The notes beneath the pieces are model-generated. The model ran no database searches. It had not been told where the DNA came from and was given only the letters and a program-made list of their open reading frames with translations. Source: an uncultured Oscillospiraceae bacterium (GTDB lineage Bacteria > Bacillota > Clostridia > Oscillospirales > Oscillospiraceae). From it: 43,540 bases of DNA. The first letter of the stretch is position 1; the number at the start of each line of letters is the position of its first letter. Shown in pieces: positions 1 through 9,300 of this stretch. A program made the translations under genes and the position numbers. The stretch covers positions 1 through 43,540 of the forward strand of contig CAYSJX010000001.1 of the NCBI GenBank assembly GCA_964431445.1, read 5' to 3'.

Positions 1-463
1 GATTACAGTATTCGGATATAGCCTTTCCACGATAGGTGAACGTGTCGAATCTGCTATTGCGGTCATCATGTATCACCTGTAATGCCTTGCGTATCTTTTT
101 GGATGTCGTCTTTCGATCTGCAATATGATTTTCCTTGCGTACACGCTTGATAAGACGGCACACCTGCTCCACGCTGAGGTCAAATGCAAATCCAGTAAGG
201 TTACGTATGCGCAGTTGCGTTTCCGGGCGAAGCCCCTCCGAAATATCCTGCAACATATCGTTCTGCTTACGGGTTTCCTCTGTCAGTGTGTGCATACCTT
301 TCTTCTGATCCTGCATCATGTCATTGATAATGCTCTTGAACCATCTGAATAGTGCAACCATCATCAGTGCTGATAGCACAAGGAAAAACGCTGCTGTGAT
401 AGTCATCATACCGAGGTCGCCAATTCCTTTTGCGACCTCAGAAACTTGTGTTACATCGGTCAT
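1..463 (-). CDS. Holin-like single-TM membrane protein, 3' end runs off the window (not in the ORF track)
   Basis: ATG at 463 overlaps the TGA of the upstream gene (ATGA). The frame is open to the window edge: MTDVTQVSEVAKGIGDLGMMTITAAFFLVLSALMMVALFRWFKSIIND..., with one N-terminal hydrophobic helix then a soluble domain. It lies after the tail genes, where lysis genes are expected. Confidence 0.6.
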   Translation of the reverse strand, partial: MTDVTQVSEVAKGIGDLGMMTITAAFFLVLSALMMVALFRWFKSIINDMMQDQKKGMHTLTEETRKQNDMLQDISEGLRPETQLRIRNLTGFAFDLSVEQVCRLIKRVRKENHIADRKTTSKKIRKALQVIHDDRNSRFDTFTYRGKAISEYCN

Positions 464-711
464 AGTCTTAATAATACCATTCTGATAAGTTGTCCAACAA
501 AGACTCCGGCCAACGTGCAGCCGAAATCTATCCAATCCCACTTGCCACCCCATGCCCTATCTTTGTATTCCAAAGACGAGGCGACAAGTATGCCCGAATA
601 GGCTGCGCAATAGCCACCGTCTGCCCCAACGCCGACAACTGCACCTCCCGCAAAATGCTTATATCGATTGCTCGATAGAAACCAGTCCCAAATTTTCTTA
701 ATCACCGTCAT
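460..711 (-). CDS. Small membrane protein (83 aa)
   Basis: Hydrophobic Gly-rich segments (KHFAGGAVVG; WDWIDFGCTLAGVFVGQLI); 4-bp overlaps with both neighbours. Confidence 0.7.
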   Translation of the reverse strand: MTVIKKIWDWFLSSNRYKHFAGGAVVGVGADGGYCAAYSGILVASSLEYKDRAWGGKWDWIDFGCTLAGVFVGQLIRMVLLRL

Positions 712-1010
712 TCCTTAATAATATATTTATAATAATGCCATCCAATTAGCCGTACTGCAATGTAATAGCCGTAGGCGATAAGAACAAGCCAAAGCGTTCT
801 GCATGGTGTTATATCCTCTTTGATGATTATTTTCATCATGCGATAAAACAACATTTTGTCGGCAAATAGTCTTGAGTACTTATCTCCGCCATGGTCGTAG
901 TCATCATCATGCATGCAGCATGGGACGTAGAATTTCTTAGCATATGGTGGTCTGATGAATTTCAGCAAACCACTTTGACACCCACATCCGTTACTCATCT
1001 TTTCTTTCAC
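708..1010 (-). CDS. Phospholipase A2-like / DUF1353-like small protein (alternative start at 998)
   Basis: NGCG...CCMHDDDY...ADKMLF...YYIAVRLIG resembles the C-x-x-H-D-x-x-Y pattern of small PLA2-fold proteins; GTGA overlap with the upstream gene. Confidence 0.5.
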   Translation of the reverse strand: MKEKMSNGCGCQSGLLKFIRPPYAKKFYVPCCMHDDDYDHGGDKYSRLFADKMLFYRMMKIIIKEDITPCRTLWLVLIAYGYYIAVRLIGWHYYKYIIKE

Positions 1011-1519
1011 AACTTGTAAGTATCAATACTAACACCGTCTTTCAGCTCCCAACCTTCATTGAGACACTGCTGAATGTGCTGTATAGCCCCCATGTAGAAG
1101 TCTCGCAACTCATCAAGCGTCACAAAAGTATGATACAGCACATTCCCTTCCGCATCCTCACCCATCTTGAATTTGATTGGCAAGATGGTCTCGTCCTGTG
1201 AAGCAAGGTCGTACACACTCTTGTAGTTGAATTGGTTTTCTGTGGAAAGCCATACGGGCATATCGTGCCATCGATAGCCCGAAAGTATCTTCTCATCCAC
1301 TTTCTTGTTATAATAGTCTACAATTGTTCCGAGTATCTCTGTATCTGTTGGTTTGTGGTCAAAGCACTGTTCGGCCCATTCTGCCGTGCCATCTTCATTC
1401 TCTATAATGTTCCAACGGATTTTCCACTTGTTTTTGCGAGGGCTAACGCATTCTATGGGCAAGACTCCAGCGCACCCGGAAATATTCTGTATCATAGTCA
1501 TAATGAATTTTGTTAACAT
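1007..1519 (-). CDS. DUF4376-like phage protein, probably a tail-fibre accessory
   Basis: VWLSTENQFNYK...LPIKFKMG...HIQQCLNEGWELKD pattern recalled from DUF4376 proteins; overlaps the RT stop codon. Confidence 0.6.
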   Translation of the reverse strand: MLTKFIMTMIQNISGCAGVLPIECVSPRKNKWKIRWNIIENEDGTAEWAEQCFDHKPTDTEILGTIVDYYNKKVDEKILSGYRWHDMPVWLSTENQFNYKSVYDLASQDETILPIKFKMGEDAEGNVLYHTFVTLDELRDFYMGAIQHIQQCLNEGWELKDGVSIDTYKL

Positions 1520-2961
1520 AAAATATATCTATTGAAACCTTTGCATCGCACAGCTTTCACGCTGCACAATGTCTTGCCAAGTAGGTCTTGTTCACGCATT
1601 TGGTCAAGAATAGACTTGTTTTCACTGTCTCCAGTGAACGACTTTACCTCACACTCTGTAGTCATGCCTACATTGCGACGGATGCTGACAACATACTTGC
1701 CAATTGGCATGGTAACTTGTTCTGGATAGATGAATCCATCAGGAGGAGTAATACCATGTGCTGTATAGTTCTCCAATTCCTTGCGCTGCTGCGCCACTTT
1801 TTCTTCATAGTCCCTGCGTTGTGGTTTTGTTATGATACCCACCTCAAAATCCACAACAAGAAATTCTTCGCCTACAAGGTCTGCCAGGTTTACCTCACCA
1901 CCGCTAAAGCGTTTTTTTCCGTCATTATACTTGGGCTTGATGCCCGTGCTACTTAATCTTTTGTACTCTGTCATTTTGATACGTGTTAAACGGTAAAACA
2001 AATTATGGCAGTTGGCGTGCTTGCATTGCCCGTAAAGCGAAGCTATAACCTCCTGCCTACGCCTTTTACTCTTTATTCGATGCAGTTTTCGTGCTGCACT
2101 CTTCTTGTTTCTCTTTCTCAGTCGTACATGATTATGCCCGAATATCACATAGCCGAGAAAGTCGATACCTTTGTTAGTTGGAAATACCATTTCGTTTGGC
2201 TTGATTTCAAGGTGCATCATTTCTGCCCGCTTGTGAATGATGTCACGGATAAGCCAAAGTTTCCGTTTGTTCGCATCGAGAACAACGCCATCATCACAAT
2301 ATCGGTAGAAATGTCTCACACCGAACTTGTCTTTGAGGTAGTGATCGAGGAACATAGACAACAGTATATTGCCGAAGCTCTGCGAACTGCGTAGGCCAAT
2401 GCTCAGACCATGCTGCATCATGCGAACAAACCGTTCAAACATGGTCAATAACACTTTGTCCTTGAACATTCTGCGCAAAGCGTACATCATGAAGTCTTGG
2501 TCCACGCTCTCGTAGAACTTTCTGATGTCGAATTTGTAACAATACTTAGTTCCTCTCTGGTCAAGTTCAATATCCTTTTGTATATACTCTTTGAGGTCAT
2601 GCATACCTCTGTTCTTGATACTTGCTCCAGTGGTTCTGATGTACCGCTTGAAAACATGCTTCTCCACAACGTGCATGATAGCATTACAGCCGATACGCTC
2701 GTAGAGATTGATAGACTGCACGTTTCGTATCTTACCTCCGTCCTTAACCTCCATTTCACGATAGTCCGTGATATGGAACGTGCCCTCTTTTATCTCATTT
2801 TGAAGTTTGGTTATCACTTCATCACGATGGGCAAGAATATAACGACCAGTGCGTGTACGCTTTCTTTTCGTGCCACGCAACACCACATCGATAGAGTTGG
2901 ATATATTTCCGTACCCTATTATTTCATCTATGAGGTTTGCCGTCTTTCCTAATCTTTTCAT
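1513..2961 (-). CDS. DGR reverse transcriptase with a ~150-aa C-terminal extension
   Basis: RT motifs KFDIRKFYESVD, GLSIGLRSSQSFGN (DGR-type SQ motif), YRYCDD and GIDFLGY. ATG at 2961 (MKRLGK) is preferred over the track's GTG at 3027. Adjacent to the TR. Confidence 0.95.
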   Translation of the reverse strand: MKRLGKTANLIDEIIGYGNISNSIDVVLRGTKRKRTRTGRYILAHRDEVITKLQNEIKEGTFHITDYREMEVKDGGKIRNVQSINLYERIGCNAIMHVVEKHVFKRYIRTTGASIKNRGMHDLKEYIQKDIELDQRGTKYCYKFDIRKFYESVDQDFMMYALRRMFKDKVLLTMFERFVRMMQHGLSIGLRSSQSFGNILLSMFLDHYLKDKFGVRHFYRYCDDGVVLDANKRKLWLIRDIIHKRAEMMHLEIKPNEMVFPTNKGIDFLGYVIFGHNHVRLRKRNKKSAARKLHRIKSKRRRQEVIASLYGQCKHANCHNLFYRLTRIKMTEYKRLSSTGIKPKYNDGKKRFSGGEVNLADLVGEEFLVVDFEVGIITKPQRRDYEEKVAQQRKELENYTAHGITPPDGFIYPEQVTMPIGKYVVSIRRNVGMTTECEVKSFTGDSENKSILDQMREQDLLGKTLCSVKAVRCKGFNRYILC

Positions 2962-3162
2962 TGCTTTGCCTTCAATTTTCGGGGTCTGACTTATTCGGCT
3001 GACATTGCTGCCCCTACTAAACTCCACCCCACGTTATATTTTCCAGTTTTCCGTGATTGGTCACGCTCTTACTGAGGCTCATTCCCATTGGCACCACATC
3101 GGGGACACGTCCCCATCGTTGTACGCCAAAATTTCTTTGAGACAAAAACGTTCTAATTGTTC

Positions 3163-3276
3163 GCAAGCCGAGAACCGATATTCGCATTCACGTTAGCGGA
3201 ATCGTTATTCGAGTACGCATACGACACGCCGCCATCCGAATTCGCATTGTTATTCGACCGATAGACCACACGCGCC
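3163..3276 (-). repeat. DGR template repeat (TR)
   Basis: 114 bp matching 3448-3561 except at 12 positions, all A on the minus strand here. Rich in AAC/AAT codons (reads RVVYRSNNNANSDGGVSYAYSNNDSANVNANIGSRL); 24 adenines in total. Confidence 0.95.
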
Positions 3277-3330
3277 CACTTGGGAAATCTGCCTTTCTTC
3301 ATTTCTGAGTATTCTTTTTCAAGGATGGAG

Positions 3331-3350
3331 GGGCGAACAACCGTTCGCCC
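3331..3350 (-). other. GC-rich hairpin/cruciform downstream of the DGR target gene
   Basis: Perfect 8-bp stem with 4-nt loop: GGGCGAAC-GGTT-GTTCGCCC (minus strand), 30 bp after the target stop codon. Confidence 0.7.
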
Positions 3351-3380
3351 TCGCACCCCGCATTTCACCATCTTACTTTC

Positions 3381-6300
3381 TTATTCCACAGCCTTTATGG
3401 CGACAAACTCTGCAACAGACGTAGCCACTTTGATATGCCCTCTGAAGGCAAGCCGAGAACCGATACCCGCATTCACGGAAGCGGAATCGCCATCCGAGTA
3501 CGCAGACGACACGCCGCCACCCGAATTCGCATAGCTATTCGACCGAGAGACCACACGCGCCGTAGCTCCACTTTGGTAGCAGTTGTCGTAATAATATGAT
3601 TGTATCGATCCGCCTGACTGTGATACAATAGTGTCCATGAATCGACCATGTATCACACTTTTGGGATACAAGCTGCCTTGTTGTCTTGGTCCTTGAATTA
3701 GCCGCTCAGTTCCATCGGGCATTGGTGAACGCCAAATGTAATCTATTGACTTTTTGTTGTATTCGATTTCCATCCATTCTGCTTTGTTTCCATACCAGTT
3801 TTCATAGCCCATACAGACTGGAGAGCCAATTGCCGTGCGCTGCACATCACTATCGTTTTTTTGGACATAAGCATTCCCCGATGGGTAATAATTACCTGTA
3901 ATCGTTGGTAACGAGTCGCCATCTTTTTCCGTTGGCTTTGTGTCCTGCATCCCCGTAGCATCAGACGCTCCTGTCGCACGACCATACGAATGAGTTCCAG
4001 GTCCACACGTTCCTTGGCTGTCTCGTTCCCCGTACTTTGCAAAGAACAAGTTGCCAACATCTTTGTGCATTTCGTAGTCAACGAGTTGGAATCCAGTGCC
4101 ACGGTTACGAGCGTACACTTTGAAATCGGGACAAGTGGTATTTCCCGACGATTGTACACCACTGATGGAATACAAGAAGTCGTCGCGTAACAATGCTTCG
4201 TAAACACCACAAAGGCATTCGTCATGTTCTACCCAGTCTGGTTCAATTGCATCTATCTTATCACTTTTTGTGAGAAGAACGTAATCGAAAGGTGCGGCCG
4301 TAGCTATTGTGAAAGCGAGCGTTACTGCATTGTCGGGAATGCTTGAGAAGCAATAACAACCATCAATGATACCACTATCTGATGTCGCTTTCATGCGCTT
4401 TACTACGTTTCCACTTGCATCAAGCATGATCGCACCATATAGTGCTGATGACAATGATGGGTAACGCACCTGCTTGTAGCCTTGTATGTTGAGCATGCAA
4501 TAACTATAATTGTTAATTGCAGCTTCAGCTTCTGTAATTGTTGTATAATCCACGCTGGAACGTATTGCATACCCCCTTTTTACCGTGAGCGCATCAAAAC
4601 TTACCTTCCTGTATTCCTCCATGGCTGGGCACTCTTCGTTGGAACTATAATAAGCATATTTGACCTTGTTCAGATAGTCATTCACGCCTTTGTACCAATA
4701 ATGTGGTTCATACATCATCACATCACCCATTTCCCCCGTAAGTTTAGCCATTGTTGCTTTCTGAATATCGATTGCATCAGCAAAATAGTTACTGTTCTTG
4801 TCATGGAGTTGGCAGATAGTCACCTCTCCTGACCCCGTTTTCTTCATCAGCACACGATGCCGCTTTGCGCAAATCTTCGCAACATGTCCATTTGCGACAA
4901 AAGTATTGTCGTAGTCATACCCTGTACAATTATCAATATTCGTAATATTGGCACTATCAGAGACACTATCATCAAATTTTATAGCTGAATATTCTGGTTG
5001 AGCAATATTCAGTTCGGGGTAATGTGCTACGTATGAAGCGTATGTCTCATCATCAACGAACCGAGTAAGGCGATATGAGCCTACAAAGGCACAAGTATCT
5101 GTATAGTTGCCATTCTCGTCCACGCCTCCTGCCGTCATGTACTTGTCAAGCAAAGCACCGTCTCCGTCCATGTCAATGCCAGTAATACGTATGCGCTTCA
5201 CGTTCGTACACTTACCAAGCAAGGACTGCCAGTCAAGGTTGGGGCATCCAGAGAAGATGAACGTGTTCACGTTTGAGTAACTTTCCACAGACAAGCCAGC
5301 AGGCATGAGCTGTGATAGATACTCCAGTCTCAGTGTGGTAAGAGTTCTTGGTAAGTATGCCGATGTAATAGGAGCACCCGCCGCAAAAATCACGCTCTCA
5401 ACTTGCGTACCTCTTGCATCGAGATATTCAAGTCTTGTCTGATTACTGAGGTCAAGTTCCTTGCTTGTACTGCTTCCTGTCTTGGCCTGCGCTTGATTGC
5501 GTAGGTTAAGCCGTCTTAGAGACTTGCACGCATTGAGGACAAGCCACCAACCAGTAGATCCGCTGTTGGACGATTGCAGATTGATTTCACGCAACACATC
5601 GCACTTGCCGAGGTCGAAGCCATTCTTCAGATGGTCTGCCGCTCCCGTCATATCAAGTACCTTGATGCGACTTGCTCCATATAGACGTATGGGGTCATTC
5701 ACCGTATATGTTCCCGTAATGTCAAGTTCCGCTACACTGCCTTCCTGCACGATGCCAGTGTTCTGTATGTTCGGGCTGTTGTTCGTGCCATAGCCGAAAG
5801 CGTACACCTCATTAGCGGTAATCTTGATGGTGTCCTCTTGATCTGATGCTGTACGAGACAAGTACATATCCACGTTGTCTGAAGTGAAGTTGCTCGTTCC
5901 CCATTTCGCATCAAGAAGTGCGAAGCGATTCTTGATGAAAAACTCACGATGTGAAGTGTTTGAGCCTTGCAGAGCGTAGATGAACGGCCATACTTTGCCG
6001 TACATCACTTGCACCGCCGGCTTTATATACTTCAGCTCTCCAGACTTGTTGAACGCTCTGTCGGACCAGTGTCCGCTCTGTTCTGTGTTGAACATGTCAA
6101 GAACACGCTCGTTGGTCATCACGGCACGTAATGCCGATGCACAACGCTTCAAATCATCTTGCAGGTTTGCCAGCACGAGGTTCCACAGCCAGCTCTCCCT
6201 GCCTTCAAAGGCGTACTTGCTCGCTTCTGCATCGTAGGTGTCTCTGTCTGTCGTGTAGAGATAAACCAGGAAGCAGTCGTTCCGCTTACCCAACTGCGTA

Positions 6301-9300
6301 TCACCGTCATAATATGTAATATACCATTTGAGCCCGTCCCATGTTCTGAGCATCATGTTCTTTGCACGTTGGTCAACGGAAAGGAAATAGTCTGTCCATA
6401 AATAGTACGTGAGGATGAAGTCTTTGTCGAAATATTGGTCTATCTCGTTCACGAACTTGCTGCTCTTGAATGATGCAAGGTTGTTGGAGTTCGCTCCAGT
6501 AGGAACGCAATCTCTAATCCACCCGTACAAGCGTTTCACGGCTGCTTGTTGGCCTGTTGTCAATCCTGCCCATTTTACATCATCGGGATAGTTTGTTTCC
6601 GCTCCTGCATCAAACACTTGTTCTATTTGCGTATCGCTTTCTGTCTTGAACAGACACATTGCTTCTCCATTGTTGAGCATCTCAAACGTCATAGGCATTG
6701 TAGGTTCGAAACCATCAACATCAGTCATTCCGAACAACACCTCGCTCTTCGATTTCTCGTTGTTGAAGTTATACTGCCCATAATACTCACTTTCTCCGTC
6801 CTCTGTCTCTGCACAAAAGATATCAATAGGTATGCCGTCAATTGCTGTGCGCACATTGATAGCCGATGTTTGGTTCCCTCCATGCTCGTACTGATAAGCC
6901 TGCGGGGGAGTGAACAAGCCTAACTCCTTGAATACATCGTTGAACAACTTTGCTCCACCAGTGTTGAGCGACATTGAACTATCTGAATAGTCAGACTTGC
7001 AGCAAAACAAGTTCATAGGGATAGCTCCGGGGCGCATCTTGTATCGGTTCTTGCCGTTTGGGTCAAGTACACCACCAATGGTGAACGAGAGCGTTTCACC
7101 ACCCTTGGCGCAATAGATACGGATGTTCTTGCTCGGATATTTGGTCGACGACGTACCCTGTATACGTATGTTGCAGTCTTTGAGAATAAAATCGTACTCC
7201 TTGCCATAGGGCGAAAAGAAGTAGATGTCTGATTTGAAATCCGTCTTCTTGTTGTTCTCTGCATACACATCATCGAGCTTGTTTTGACGAACAATGCGTA
7301 ACACGCCCTTGCCTTTGGCCCGTATCTTGTCAATATCAACATCACCCGTATCACCGAGAATGTTGTTGTCGTCATATAGAGCCATCATCTCCTCGCTTGT
7401 TTCCGCATCTACAGTGCAATTATCAAGTTCTTCATCATCAGACAATGAACGGCCATAAATACGCACGCTCTTAATCTCTACATCTGCATCTGCGCTGTCA
7501 AACGTGATATACTGCGGATTATCCTGAGCAAAATTAAACGAAGTGTCGTATATGTCTGCCCCGGTGCGATTTCCGTTCACATACAGCTCCATCAGTCTGT
7601 TATTATCCTTTGTCGATATGGCAAGACAAATCTTGAACCACTTGTCGGAAACAAAGTTTGTTCCAAGCTTGATTTCACGGGTAACCTGCTCATCGTCCTC
7701 GTTGGTGTAAGTAACGCTCTGCCCAGTTTTAAAACTTGCTTCATCTGCTGTAACAAGCAGTCCCTTGCCACCATCAAGACATTTTACCACATTTGCAGAA
7801 CGGCTCATAACGTTACTTACTTTAATCGTCATTTCGATTGTTACACCAGTAGACTTGATGTCGGTCTTGAAAGGCTGATATCCGATAATAGCTTTTGCTC
7901 CGTTCGTCAGTTTCAGTGCCTCTCCAGTCCAGCCGTTGCTGCTCCAATCAAAACCACTGAACTCAGTAGTGATGTCGCCAGAAATCCATTGTGACGGATT
8001 GCTCTCGCTATTGCTGCGACCTGCCGCTTCAAACTTTGCAAGTAAGCCAAATGTGGCTTCGCTCAGATTGACACTGCTTTCCGAAACGTCTATACCGAAC
8101 TGATAACTCTTTGTACCGACTTTCATAATGAGGTTCTGAACACCCTTTTCAGTAAAGCGGTTGGTATATGTCTGCATCGAACGTGGAGCATTGATAGTAC
8201 TTGTCAGTTTGTTATTCACATAAACCTCCACTTGTGCAGGAGTCGTACTTGGGTCATACGCAACAAAGTTGAAACTCATTTGCTCATACTGATAAGCCAG
8301 CAATGTCGGATTTGTCGTTTGAAGTATGGCTCCCGTCTTGTTGGTAAACTTGATGCCGACAAATGGTTCATTTAGACCAGCTTTTAGGATTTCCATATAG
8401 ATGCTGTCGCTCTTCAATCCGCTACGTTCTGCAACAAGTTGAATACTATGCCGTCCTGCTGTCAATGCCGAGCCTTTGATAGTGAATGAACCATTTACCG
8501 TTCCGCTCTTGTTGATAGTCTGCGAAACAGGCACGCTTGCACCATCGATATACATAGACACGTCTTTTGTTCCGCTGCCGGTGATGGTGAATGGAATTTC
8601 GATGGTGTCGCTATTCTTGTAACCACCTCCTACTATTGTAGTACCGAGATTATACGCACTCGTCAGCGTAAGCGTTATCACGTTAATGCTTACATATGCC
8701 TGCTTTACCTGCTTGGTGCCATCCTCTGTGGTTGCTTCCGCTTTCACATAGATGTCGGTAGTGCCTACGAGCAAGTAGTCTGATACATCAATCGTGTACG
8801 TTCCTGCACTAACATTCTTTTTCGTTGCTTGGTAAGTCTGTGTCGTGCCACGGGCGATCGTTACCGTGATGTCGGCCTTGATTCCGTCATTAGCACCATC
8901 AGCATTGACATGATTATACGAATATGTAAGTTCCGCCATACCACCCTCCTTGACCTGTGTCTTGTTTACAGATGCGGTAAGCACAATACGACTTGCAGTG
9001 GATGTTCCGCCACCGCCACCGCCGCTGAACTCTGTAGTAGCAATGATACCGCCTTTCTTGTTGAGGATATTGAGAGTGTTCTTGCTGTCACCCTCGATTA
9101 CTTCAATACCGCCTACGGCTGCATCGCCAATCTCATTGATTTTAGCTGTTACGACCTTGTTTTGTACTGGGTTAGTACTATCATCCTGCAAACTCTCGTC
9201 CACCGTGATTTGGTCAATGTTGAGTGCAACGTTGCCGTTCACGTCCGGGGCTACCTCTGAGCCGTTGAGCGTGATGGACTTGATTGTACCTCCCCCGTAC

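Larger units (their letters stand above)
1513..3561 (-). mobile_element. Diversity-generating retroelement cassette (VR - hairpin - TR - spacer - RT)
   Basis: RT plus a 114-bp TR/VR pair differing only at TR adenines. Confidence 0.95.

Noticed and set aside
1513-2961. Group II intron or retron interpretation of the RT
   Set aside because: The adjacent adenine-specific TR/VR pair and SQ motif identify a DGR; no YADD motif, and no intron ends recognised.
2962-3027. Longer RT N-terminus from GTG 3027
   Set aside because: Falls within the TR-RT spacer; ATG 2961 (MKR...) is the more typical start.
3153-3371. 72-aa ORF resembling the target C-terminus
   Set aside because: It is the TR read in frame plus the hairpin; TRs are typically open frames and act as RNA.
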